A DNA stretch of 64,000 nucleotides, taken from NCBI GenBank assembly GCA_028023455.1, contig JAQFVV010000009.1, positions 6,386,001-6,450,000 of the forward strand, written 5' to 3'. This stretch comes from Epiperipatus broadwayi (Eukaryota; Animalia; Onychophora). The notes under the pieces were generated by a model that saw only the letters and a list, made by a program, of their open reading frames with translations, was not told the origin of the DNA and searched no databases. The position numbers and the translations under genes were made by a program. Shown piece by piece: positions 1 to 12,189 of this stretch; position 1 is the stretch's first letter, and every line of letters begins with the position of its first letter.

Positions 1-366
1 GATTCTAATTTCCCTCTCTTTTATTAATTAAAATATTCTTTCTTCATAAATTTAAATTCTTTTGCTAGTATTCCAAAACACAATATTTAATATTATTTAA
101 ATGTTAAATATTTATGTGTGATCGCAGTATGTGCGATCATTACATTACACAATTTCAATATTTCTAACTTTAATTATTTTTTATTTCACAAAATCTTGAC
201 TTTCGAGGGTAAAAGATAAGAATCTTTTTGATTCTAATCCCCTCTCTTTTATTAATTAACACATTTCTTTCTTCATAATTTTTAAATTCATTTGCTAGTA
301 TTCCAAAACACAATATTTAATATTATTTAAATGTTAAATATCTATATGTGTGATCGCGATCATCAC
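1..366. repeat. Direct duplication, period 229 bp (about 1-143 matches about 230-366)
   Basis: gattctaat..ccctctcttttattaatta...tttgctagtattccaaaacacaatatttaatattatttaaatgttaaata...gtgatcgc occurs at 1 and at 230. Confidence 0.85.
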
Positions 367-846
367 GATATATATTAATGGATCTCTATGCTTCAATTGC
401 ATTCTTGGTTTTTAAATCCAAAATGATCATCATAAACATACCTAATTTATTGGAATCTTGCTTGTTTAAGATTCTTCACATCTTATTCAATGTCCTAAAT
501 CTTTATATTTTGTTTCCTTAATGCTTTTTTTTTTATATCAAAAATCAATTGTTTATAATTAATTTATCAAAGTGAAATTATGTTATCTATATTTTAAAAT
601 CTTAATAATTCAAGTAGAATATCACATTCTTTGTGCTTACCTTTTTTTTTTTTAACTTCTAAAGCTTTTATTTTTTTTTCTCATTATTAAACTATATTTC
701 ATTCTTAACTTTACTTTTTTTTCCCATTATCATATATGAATATAAAATTCTTATATGTTCTGTTCAGCTTTATAATGCATAATTTTTTTTATTAATAGAT
801 TAGCATTTTTATTTTGATTATTTTTTTTGACTTATTATATCCTATA

Positions 847-1726
847 AAGGCAGTCTCTGATCATCATGATTAATTGACTGCAGAAAAGAAAGTATGATCA
901 AATTTATGACAAATGTAGGTCAAAATTTTAGTGCAGTAATTTTCATGTTTATTGGGAACCAAAGCAAATATATAGTACTCATTTTTATTTTTTATATATT
1001 TCCAATATACTGTCCCAACAAATTTTCTTTGGATAAAGTAGGGGATTTTTATGTAGATGTATATAGTGCTGTTCAGCAGACCAAATGTTTTAAAAATTAA
1101 AGATTTTAATGCTAAGAATTGGAAAACAAAATGAAAATGCTATAAATATATGTGATTATGAAAAAAATGAGAGAAGACAAATACTTGGGGAATTTGCAAG
1201 AAAAATTATTTATTATGAATTTCTTGGAAAATATGCTAACAATAATATAGAAGCATCTAGATAAAGCATTGCAGAATTGAATATTCTGATTAACAGAAAA
1301 AATATACTTCCAAACTATATATCACAGAAAATAATAATACAACTGCTTGTGGGATTTGAACCAATGAAAAGACCAAAATGAATCTCAAAAATTGTTATAG
1401 CATAATTGGTTATATACAAATATTTAGAGAAATTAAAAGAAAGGCTCAAAAAGTATAGTTTGTTTATAGATTGAAGATCAACATCAAAAGGCATCCTAGT
1501 GAGTTTATCAAATATTCAAGCTAAGGCTCTTAGTTTGCATGAAAATTGGAAGAAAGAATTAAAAGAATACTACTGTTGAATTTGTAGCAAGATACTAATC
1601 AATAAAAAATAAATACTGTATTTTGAAAATACTTTTTGATGGTTTTTTTTTTACAGACCCTTACAAACAATTTCAACTTGCAAACATGTTAGGTACCAAT
1701 TAAGTTTATAACTAAGGGACTGCCTG
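847..1726 (+). mobile_element. Internally deleted Tigger/pogo-like DNA transposon
   Basis: Imperfect TIRs (TA|aaggcagtctct versus reverse complement of agggactgcctg|TA) with TA on both sides. Frameshifted CENP-B-type HTH remnant at about 1467-1555: *IEDQHQK/ILVSLSNIQAKALSLHENWK. Confidence 0.65.
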
Positions 1727-2419
1727 TACACAGTTGAGAAATACAAATATACCACTAGCAGAAGTGAAATAAGAGACAGAAATGAAGTTAGGCTGAAAAT
1801 TGCTGGGAATTGATAGGCATCCAAAATCTTAAACCAGATCCTAAGAGATTATAAAAGACTGAAAGAGATAATATATATGGCGGATAAATGTGATACATAG
1901 GGAATGGTGGAAAATTGAATAAGAGAAACTAGATTAAACAATATGATAGTATTGTACATATTTTTTAAAATATAGTTATGGGTATTTAAATAAATAACTA
2001 TATAACATCAAATGATTTTTCTATGCTTACATTCAACATACAATTTTAAAAATGTGTTAGATGCAAATAAAGTGTTAAATTATTTGAATTTCTGCTATTT
2101 ACCCAGCCTTGAGATTAATAAATTGATCTAATTTTTAGATTTTTCTCTATGATAATCTCTTCAAAATTTAGTTGAAATGATTCAATGCAAAGTGAAATAT
2201 AATTCGTGCAAACATGCATTTCAAATATTTTGTGAAGAAGTAATAAAATAAATTTTAATGTTAAACTATATCACCCTCCCGCCCCCTCTTTTTTGAAGTT
2301 ATTCCATTGCTATTAGGATTGGGGGGTGGTCAAAATCAGTTTAAGTAGAGCCCACAAAAAATAAATTGCTGTGAACAATTAAAAGTAGTAATTTTCAAGT
2401 ATTTTCTTAAATGTGTGTT

Positions 2420-2559
2420 ATATAGGGTACCTGAACACAGATTTTCACATTACCCACACTGTTCACCATTCTATCATATCACTGATACACTTGAACGCAT
2501 ATATGTCGAAATGATAAATAATCACCAATATATGTATTTCATGCTAAACCAGCAATCGT
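2420..2559 (+). repeat. Unclassified dispersed repeat; inverted partner at 63403-63542
   Basis: tataggg..tgaac.cagattttcac...cactgatacacttga...gataaataatcac.aatat...atttc.tgctaaaccagca.tcgt aligns with the reverse complement of 63403-63542. Confidence 0.75.
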
Positions 2560-3084
2560 TGCTAATGCATTATAAAATATCTAACATGGAAATTCAAAGG
2601 TTGTTTGAATTTTATCCAGTTGTTAAAAGTTTCTGAACCACTGAAAGTCAGATTAAGGTTTGCTGTTATTTTTTTTATGCTTCTATACATATAAAACTAA
2701 AGTAACCAAATAAAATTTTACAGTTGATTTTTAATTTTATATAATAAATTTGTTACTATCTATTTTTATAAACAAAAGTAAAAATAAATAAATTAATAAG
2801 CTTGATTGCATTGGACTGCCTTTTTTTTTTTTCTATTGTTGCAGTTTAAGTTTATAATGAGTGGACAAAAGATCTATTTTTGAACTTAAAAAATTCACAA
2901 ATCCAGAAAAAGTAACAGCATTATTAGCATTTTTATAACATTTTAAAAAAGTCCTAGGGCCTTTACATGATTGATGATATCTATATTGTTGTGTTCTATA
3001 AAAATTAGTTCAGATTTTATACATTTATCATTTTTTGATAAAATGAAATGTAATTGATGTCTTTAAATAAAATTTATTGTACAA

Positions 3085-3207
3085 TGCACTTACTTCGGGA
3101 TTTGCAACTAATTTTGCATATCCTCTCTATAAGTGCTATAATAATGATGTAACTATCCTGGAATTCAGGGTTTTCTCTGTTTTCCCTTGGAAACTTGCAT
3201 GACAAAT
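3085..3207 (+). ncRNA. Box H/ACA snoRNA, copy 1; predicted LSU rRNA pseudouridylation guide
   Basis: Hairpin 1: GCACTTA/TAAGTGC with upper stem GGAT-TTGCA/TGCAT-ATCC. H box ATAATA at 3138-3143. Hairpin 2: TGTAA/TTGCA and GGAA-TT-CAGGG/CTCTG-TT-TTCC. ACA at 3202-3204 plus 3 nt. Pocket arms CTATCCT and GGAAAC. Confidence 0.85.
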
Positions 3208-4383
3208 CTTACCATATATGTTATTATTTCTTCAAAGAAGATAACATACGCATTCATTGTTTTATTTAGTCATAAATTCTTTTGAAACATGAAAAAACTG
3301 CTCATTTTGTTCTCTTAAGTCTAAATTTTATTTTTGTGACAAATAATATAATAAAACTTTTTGGCTCAAACTTTTAACAAAGTTGACTTTAAATATAGAA
3401 CAGTTTTTTTATAGTTTTTATATAAAAAAGATTCTAAAACAAGGTGCCCAATCATTAATTTTGTGTGTAAATGCAGTAAGTGCAACTTCAGAAATAAATT
3501 ATGTACAAGTAGAAACTTGTTCCAAATTCAATGAATTGAAATAATTATATTTTTCTAGTACTTTTATATCAGCTATAATAATATCGCATTCAATGAATAT
3601 TGAATTATTAAAAATTGAGGGCAACACATTGATTTTCAACTATGTGCAATATATAAAATCAAATGATATTCAATTCTAACCATTTTTTTTTTTAAAACAC
3701 AAAAGTAGTAGAGAAATTTGGCAAAACCTTGAAATATCTGATCATTTTTAAGTCAGCCAGTATACCAGATTGTTTTATTTTTATTTTAAACAATAATAAT
3801 GTTTACTTTTTTTTTTTTCAATTAATAATTTTTTTAAAGCAATAAGTACAGCACCACTAATAAAATGTCAAAGCAACAAATATTCCATAATAAAGAAAAA
3901 TATTCTTGCCAAAAATTATTTATTACATAATTTTAAAAAAAAAGATTGATCACATATATATAGTCCAGTTGAACACATTCAGTTTCATTTGTTCATTATA
4001 GTTTAATAATGTTCTGCTCAGTTAGTACTTCGATGGTGAAATGATATTTAGTGGCTTTATAATTTTTTCTTAAATATGGCAGTACTTTAAGATCTAAGAC
4101 TTATGCTTGCAAATACTTGGAAACTTGTTAAATATCTTACGTTATTTTTCTAGAGAGTAAAATATGTATTTTGTAGTTTTATTTAGTCAAAATTTTGCTG
4201 AAAGTAATTATTATGTATTTTTTTAAATTAGTAATCAATAAAATGTGTAAAAATATTAGACCTTTGTGTGTGAGGTCTTTGAGCTGTTGAAATTGATTTA
4301 GAGTTGAGAATTTTTTTATGTACTTAGAATGAGTTTCTTTTGGTTGATAAAAACTATTTATGTTTTAAATTGAAAATATAAGA

Positions 4384-4508
4384 TGCACTAAGATTTGGGA
4401 TTTGCAACTTATTTTGCTAATCCTTTCTTATAAGTGCTATACTAATTATGTAACTATCCTGGAATTTAGAGCCATCTCTATTTTCTGTTGGAAACTTGCA
4501 TAACATTT
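4384..4508 (+). ncRNA. Box H/ACA snoRNA, copy 2 (paralogue of 3085-3207)
   Basis: Same architecture: H box ATACTA, ACA at 4503-4505, identical pocket arms CTATCCT and GGAAAC. Structure-preserving stem change TAGAG/CTCTA versus CAGGG/CTCTG in copy 1. Confidence 0.85.
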
Positions 4509-4916
4509 TGCCATGTGTTTTGTTTTATTTCTTCAACATTGCATTATAAATGTGGATTTATACATATTATCTTGACTACATATATTTTGAATGGAATATT
4601 AATATTATTAAAGGAATTTAAAACTTAACAAAAATCTCGTAACTTATAGTATGAATGTTTTAATTTCTTTTATTGTAATCATCACAAAAACTGCTTTGGA
4701 AAATAATGGATATAATTTTTGTATTTTTATTCATATTTTAAACTTTTGTATTTGAAAAAAAAATCCTTTTAAATGTTTCTAAGAAAATAAATTTGGACAA
4801 ATTTTATGTAATATAATTTTTAATTTTTTTGTTGTTGTAAATTTTTAAAAAAGTTATAGATATATATACATGATTAAACTGATATGCTAAGATTCCATGG
4901 TTATCATTATCATTTT

Positions 4917-5226
4917 GTACCCACTATTTTGATTTACAATTATTTACTACAACAATCTCATCTGAAAATAAGACCATTTGTGTTAAAAAATATAGGGCAG
5001 TACAAAGTTTACTCATTATACAGATACAATATTTCGATTACAGAATTAAAATATGATTAATATATTTATCTAATTTTCATTCAATATTCTTACAAGACAA
5101 AGCATTGCTTTGGACTGCTCTACATTAATTTTAACACGTTGCTTTCACATTAGCATTATATTATGTGGTTGACATATATAAAAAAAATAATTTTTTAGTC
5201 TTTATAGTAATCAAAATAGTGGGTAC
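4917..5226. mobile_element. MITE-like element with ~20 bp TIRs
   Basis: gtacccactattttgatttac at 4917 is the inverted copy of gtaatcaaaatagtgggtac ending at 5226. TA lies outside the CCC/GGG termini. Inner imperfect IR gggcagtacaaag / ctttggactgctc. Confidence 0.65.
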
Positions 5227-5559
5227 ATGTTAAATGAGTGTATATATGTTAATACTCTTTATATAAATGTATGATTTAATAAATGTCCTAATATTTTGAT
5301 GTAATTTTAGGATTGGTCATTTTGAATGGGAAGATGTAGCAGTTAATTTTGTTACAAGTCATCATGACATTAGCATCTTGAGAGTTAAAGAGCAGTATTA
5401 TAAGAGCATACAGTTGGATGAATTTTTTTTTTTAATTTGATAAATTAAATTATAAGCACTAGGAACACTTAACTAAGAAAAACTCAAGTTTCAAATTTTG
5501 TTAGGTACCAAAAATGTACAAATATTACTATATATATATGGGTCAGACTTAGCATAGTT

Positions 5560-8410
5560 CATTTATTTACATATTCTCTTTTTATTTGATGTGATGTACA
5601 GTACTTTGGCATTTCTTTTCTCGAAGTCAGGAATCTCTCAGCCACTGTGCTAGAGAAACCTGTTAGCCATCTTTCCTTTCTATTCCCCACCCTAAGTTTT
5701 TCCCATATTCTTCTCTATCTTGCTCCATCCCATTTCCATGCCATCTTTGTCCTTGTCCACTGTATGGCCTTTACATCTAAACCCCCTTATCTTTTTCTAA
5801 ACCCAGCCTAAAAACCAAGAATCCACTTATTGTATAATTACTTTATTTATATTTATTCTCCCACAACTTCATTATTTGTACCCTTTCTGCTTGTAGGCAT
5901 TAACATTCAATTAGCAGACGCTTTATGCTTTCCTTACATAACTTGTAAGCTAAATCATCCATATTTTTTCATTTATGTATTATTCCCTTGTTGCTAACGA
6001 TCCTGTTTGAGCCTTAAACAGTAAACTACTTTCTTTGATATTATCATAAACTCTCACCCAATATTCTGTTTATTTCTATATATATTTAAACGCTACTCTC
6101 CATACTAGTTCTACAACTTCCTGTTTTTATTAATACTGCATCTATTCTTCTATCCCATTCTTTGCAGCTATAACACTCGTCAATTCCCCTAACATAATCA
6201 TACCACCTTTTGTATAAATATACTGACATGAAGTCTTTATCCAAATCTTCTGCATATTGTACTGTTTTTCTTTAATCATCTTGTTGCCTTTCCTTTACTC
6301 ATAACTATTAAATACTATTTTGGCTATTCTCTTATTATCCATAAATTGCAATCTATCGAACATTTTCATTCATTTTGTATCTCTCATATAAAAACTTGAC
6401 CATCCTTATTTCTCCTTGAATTGCCTCCTTTGCTGCCCACATATCTGCATCTAATGCATGTCTTCCTACTTCTCTTTGTACTTTTTTAAGTAATCTATCA
6501 CTCTTATTAATCCATTGCATCATTACCATAAGTTAACTCTAGTACTGCCACACCCATACAATTCTAGCTACATCATATTTATTATATGAAAACACTTAAT
6601 TTCCTTATTCCTTATTATAGTCCCTTTTCTTTGCTTCATGTACCAATTTTTTCTCCCATCCAAGCAATTTCTCTGATTGCTTAAGGCAATTCCTAAATAG
6701 TTATACCTATTCACCACATTTAACTTTATATCCCCAATAAAAATTCTTTGTCTTTCCCCAGCATTTATCATTACTTTTATTTTACTTCACTAAATTTAAT
6801 CCTTATCTCTTTACCCACCTTTGCGCATATGTCTTCAACATAACTTCCATATCTTCCCTACTTTATGTGCACAAGAAGATATCAGTAAATAACAGACCTG
6901 ATAATATATATACTGCCTTGCCATCTATTAATGGTGTGTCTAAACTTCTTCCTAGTCTTTTTATTTCCCTCAAATATAACAAAATAGGTGACATGATGCA
7001 TCCTTGCCATAGTCGCACCCCATTGTTAACTTTAACTGATTCTATATTTCCTAATTGATACGTATAGTAATTATTTTCATACAATCTCTTAATAATGTCC
7101 ACTAAAGCTCAATCATTTCTAAATTTGTTAAACTTAGCCATAATTATTTCTATTTACTCATTTATCACGCCTTCTCTGTATATTTAAAGATCATAAATAA
7201 CTATCTACCTGTAAGTTGTATGACTACAAATAAATTATCTTCTGTACACCTATACAATTGAAAACCTCCTTTCATTTCTCCCACTATTATTTTGTTATCC
7301 ACCTTGCGACCCTTCCACCCACCGTATATGCAAAACCTTTATATAACATTGATGTTACCGCTATCAGTTCTATAATTGTCTATGATCCTTACTCTTTCTT
7401 TTAAATAATAGCCATAATCTTTTATTATTCCAGCTATCTGGAAATTCTTCTATGCCATCTTGTGCTGCCCATCGATCTAAACCTCTTGCCTCTGCACTTG
7501 TCAATTTCTTCCCTGTCTCGTTCAATTCATTTTCTGTATATCTAATATTTTCATTACTATATGCTTTTGTTTGTTATCACTGTCCTTCATATATATCTTT
7601 TCTATATCCATTACATAATTAAGATTGTTTCTAATTCTTTTCTAGATCTACAATCTTTTTCCTCATTTGTCTCTTAATTCTTTTCTAGATCTACAATCTT
7701 TTTCCTCATTTAATAATATTTCTCTCTCCCCTACATTCCTCCCTTTAATATATTTCCAACATTTTTTACTCCCATCTCTTCCATTTATATTAATATCCTC
7801 CAATAATTACTATTTAATTTCTCTATAATTATCTACTTTAGCCAACTTATTTTTTTTTAAAAATAACTTTCCTATTTAATATCATCTTTTTTCACTTTTT
7901 ATTTTTAATAGCATATTTATATTCTCTGCATGCTTTTTCCCTCTTACTAATTCTCACTTTTCTATTACTTTAATTCTTCTGAATATTCTCACCTAAAACC
8001 CTATTTGCCACTTTTCTACTTCACCACACCAGTTCTTATATTCATCCCCAACAAACTCTTACATGATTTCTTCTAGTTTTATTTTATATTTTTTTATCAT
8101 TCATTCTCCATCCACATCTTTCACTATTCTTTTTATTATTTTCTATCACATTACTAACCATTTCTATTATAAAGAAATTATGATCACTATTACATACTCC
8201 CTTCATTATCAAACATTTTAATTTTTCATATTTATTCATTCCCTCTTTTTCTACTAATACATAATCTATTGTGTGAAATATATTATTTCTAGACCATAGC
8301 TCAAATTTACCTGACAAAAATTTTTCAAAAGCTGTCCGTTCTTGTTATCCTCATCATCAATTTCTTCAATATGCCTATTTATATCCTCTATAACCATTAC
8401 TGTCTACCCC
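5560..8410 (-). mobile_element. Decayed non-LTR retrotransposon (APE endonuclease + RT; RTE/L2-like, clade uncertain)
   Basis: Endonuclease motifs VMVIEDINRHI..NKNGQLL, TIDYVLV and CNSDH (8084-8400). RT motifs GVRLWQGCIMSPILL (6863-7102) and YNYLG (6568-6771). Many stops and frameshifts; boundaries approximate. Confidence 0.85.
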
Positions 8411-9079
8411 CTTTTTTTTTTTTTTGAAATTCTGTATTTATTTACATAAATTACATGGACGCCACCACCTGGCTTTAAACATAAGGAAAAAAACTAATAT
8501 GTATATTTAAAACTATTTTATACAATATAAAAAAATAACCATTACACAGCCCCATTTGCAGTACCAGGCTAAATTGTGAACTTAAGTTACTCCCGATGAA
8601 TGACGGTAGACCATGCAATCATACATAAACAAAACAACATCATATAATAATTTATTTACAACTGTACTTATTAGTTAATGTACAATTTATTTTCTTTAAT
8701 AAAATTAACAAATGAAACTAATTTATTTACAAAATATAATCATTAATTGATATGCAATTTATTTCTTTAACAAAGTCCTTGGACTTTTATAGATCATGGT
8801 CTCAATATATTCATAGATAATATAAAACATTCGCTGTACCCTGACTTCAGTAAACAAATATAATTATGCATATATGAATTCATAAATATAAACATTTCTT
8901 TGACTTTTGTCTCCTCATGCTTGCATACATATGTCTGATATGGGATAGTCATTAGGAATGGCCTTTTGGTTCTAACCTTAACTTAATAAACCTATACAAT
9001 AATTACGAGGAGTGACCTTTTGGTCTTAAACCTAATTTAAAATACAATTCTACCGGAATGACTTGTTAGGTGATTGATC

Positions 9080-10380
9080 TTTAACTCATTAAACTGATAG
9101 GAATGTATTCTCCCATATGGATGCAAGCATATGTAAACTATTAAACATTGAACAGATAACTGCGTCTATATAAATCCAACTACGTAAAATCCAATTTTCT
9201 CATGGATTGATCAATATATAACAACCCTCTTCAATGGACACTACATTATGGAAAACGGCTGGCCAATGGGACTAAAAAGTGGAATAATATCCAGCATTGC
9301 TCCCTAAGTATTCTGAAAACAAACCTGGGATAATATATACGTGGTACATTGATGTCTTTATCTGAGCTCCAAATTAATATCAAATGAACTCTAGGAGAAA
9401 TTTGCATTAATCTGGTACCATAGAACAGGAAGATTCCTTCAAAGGAATAAAATGTCTTATGTATACATCCAAAGAGAGATTGCCCAATTAAATTACAAAA
9501 TGTTAATCGTATTCATCGAAATCAGGTTTTATATATTCTGAATCCGTACTCGCATAAATATGTTGGTCTGACATTTCTATATAAAAATTCAAACTTATGC
9601 AAATTAGAATCGGACCACTCTAGGAGAAATCTGCATTAACCTGTACCATAGAACAGGAAGACTCCTTCAAAGGAATAAAATGTCTGTATACATCCAAAGA
9701 GAGATTGCCCAATTAAATTACAAAATGCTAATCGTACTCATCGAAATCAGGTTTTATATATCCTGAATCCGTACTCACATAAATGTTGGTCTGACATTTC
9801 TATATAGAAATTCAAACTTTTGCAAATTAGAATTGGACCATAAGTCTGATATTGAAAAATACATCAAGTTATGGGTTAAAATATGTGATGCTCACTAACA
9901 TTCTCAACAAATTTTATAAGATCTTGTCCTATAGCACCTGGCAACAATCCCTGGATATCACCATACTATATCCCTAAAGTATCCAGAAATATAAATAAAA
10001 TATTCTGATTTATATAGGATCAGCCTTCACACTATCCTCAGTAAATAGATCGAACAATAATTCCCACTGAATATATCCCTCACACTGTCTACAAAATTGC
10101 TTGCACCCAAACTGACTTCAATACGATCTACTTTGGAGAATCACATGCCAACCTAGCAACAAGATCATCCCAACATCAATACATTTTACAGAAGAGCTAA
10201 AAGAAATCAGATCAAAAATCCATGTTTGTGGAACAGCAAACAAATTTGGCCATGTATTTGAATCTACATCAGCCAGTGTCATATGGTGTTCTAAGCATAG
10301 AATAAAGGCAGCTTGGCACATTGCTAATAATCATAACTAAATAAAAAGGAATCCTGCTTTCTCTAAAAAGTGGGCGATTT
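9080..10380 (+). mobile_element. Decayed Penelope-like element (RT + GIY-YIG endonuclease)
   Basis: RT motifs TLFNGHYIMENGWPMG (about 9220-9270) and IYTWYIDVFI (about 9333-9362). GIY-YIG remnant VYKIACTQTDFNTIYFGESHANLATR..QH (10087-10175). Confidence 0.8.
9388..9840. repeat. Tandem duplication, period 229 bp, inside the Penelope-like element
   Basis: actctaggagaaat...gaacaggaaga.tccttcaaaggaataaaatgtct...aaattagaat.ggacca starts at 9388 and again at 9617. Confidence 0.9.
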
Positions 10381-10580
10381 AAATCATTTGTATATATTTA
10401 CTTTAATTTATATTGTACTTCTTATCCATCAGTCATTGTTATGAATATACAAAGACCAAGATATGGAAAGCAGCTTAGTCTAATATAATAAACTTTGAAA
10501 CTTGAACTTTTCTTAGTTAAGCAAACCTAGCACTTATAATGTAATTGAAATTTGCCTAACAAAAGTTATTAACATATATA

Positions 10581-10840
10581 TAATATTTCTATATTAAATA
10601 GACAATCACCATCTTAACACTTTCAAAAAAGTAGCTGGAATCTGAAGATGTAAAATATGCAAATTAGGGTGGATTAGATGTTCATTGACCTAGATTTGCC
10701 ACTTCCTGGAGATGGCGTAAAATGTTTCTTTTTTATTCGTCTACTTCTTTGAAAATGAAGGCTTAGACCTTCGAAAACGCTAAAGTACAAAATTTATCAA
10801 TTGTTAAGACGGTGATTGTCTATTTAATATAGAAATATTA
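10581..10840. repeat. 39 bp inverted repeat (38/39) flanking a Penelope pseudo-LTR-like segment with a decayed hammerhead motif
   Basis: taatatttctatattaaatagacaatcaccatcttaaca (10581-10619) versus the reverse complement of 10802-10840. Internal TACTT-CTTTGAAAA-TGAAGG-cttaga-CCTTC-GAAA-ACGCT-A-AAGTA at 10742-10787. Confidence 0.75.
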
Positions 10841-12189
10841 TTTATATATCTTATAGTTTACGTGTGTATATTAATACAATATAGATTTTACAGATATTTA
10901 AACTAACACATAGTTGAGCATTAAATATTACAACATATATATAATTAATTTGATTTTGTATTTAAAAAATTTTTTTTTAATATTCACAATTTTTATTTTT
11001 GATACATTTTCTGATTTGATCATACTAAAATCTTCATGTAAGAAAATGTTTTATAAAAATAAAATATTTTTCACTTAGACATTGTGTAAAAATAAATTCA
11101 AATAAAATATTTAATATATTTTGACTTTTTATTTTATTTAGTTGCAAAAATTTACTGGTTACATTGTATTTGATTTTGATCTATAACTAATATTGTAAAC
11201 AATTTATTTTATAAGATATTCTTTTATAAGCATACAGTTTGACAACACATTAGCTCTGTATTTTTTAGATGCAGTAATTCACACCATTTTTTTCTATTGT
11301 GGGATCATACATAGGTATTATATTTGCATTCCTGAATTAGTTTCTGGTTCTTTGACAGTAAGGAGCTTTGAACTACTTGCACCTGCATATCTGGCCACGA
11401 CTGATAATTCTTACAAAGCTAATAGCCTGAGATTTTAAACCAAATCAATTTGCTAGTGTGGTTATATAGAATTCAACTAATTTTGTATTAACTGTATTTT
11501 TAGCAAGAAATATATATATACTAATAAATCTGAATACAGTCAACATTTGCTTTTATATGCAATAATTTTGCTTTTTGTCTATCGCAAGTCAAAATAAATT
11601 AATACTAAATATTTAAAAAATGCTGCAATATAAATGAATGATATTGCTATATCCATCCAGACTTCTTGTTTACAAGTAATGGTTATGATATGAGTATATT
11701 AGAGTATTTTTTTCAATAAACTACATCCAGTCCCTTATAGCTTTCTCCTATGTAATGTATATTAGTTTTTAATTCAAAAATAAAGTCGTAGACATGGGCA
11801 AAAATATAAATGAATAATGTAGATACAAAAACAACAGCAAATGATTAATGATGGCACCTATATTACAAGTGGACATAATTTAAATTTTATGAAATTGTAA
11901 TTTTAATATTGTTTTCATGTAGGACAGTGACTGCAGATAGATTACTGTATAAAATATATTTATGTATTCCATTTATACTTGAAACTCATTTTGGTTATAT
12001 TAAACATACTGACCAATATATACATTTTAAAATATTTTTGACACGTTAAAATTGATAACTTAAAAATTGTAAATAAAGTTGTGAAGATATTAACAAATTT
12101 TGATAAAAATAAAATTGCAAATTTGAACAATTTATCCTGCAAGATTCAATACAAAGCTTAGAAAATAACGAAAGAGTTTAGTCCTCATT

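Noticed and set aside
3086-3136. ACTTCGG in the 5' hairpin of snoRNA copy 1 is complementary to rRNA CCGAAGU
   Set aside because: The opposite pocket arm does not pair and copy 2 lacks the match.
3660-3742. Possible C/D snoRNA (ATGATA ... CTGA)
   Set aside because: No terminal stem and no rRNA complementarity that I could identify.
5312-5440. WEDVAVNFVT, resembling a KRAB-A box
   Set aside because: Only a short match with no flanking KRAB residues or zinc fingers, in a probably non-vertebrate genome.
1-9840. Two duplications with the same 229 bp period (1-366 and 9388-9840)
   Set aside because: The unit sequences are unrelated; treated as coincidence.
8900-10380. Possible endogenous viral element on the minus strand (ORF 10118-10321 and neighbours)
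   Set aside because: The plus strand shows Penelope RT and GIY-YIG motifs; the minus-strand ORFs are shadow frames.
11288-11450. Short open frame DAVIHTIFFYCGIIHRYYICIPELV... after tttttag
   Set aside because: No recognisable protein and no partner exons found.
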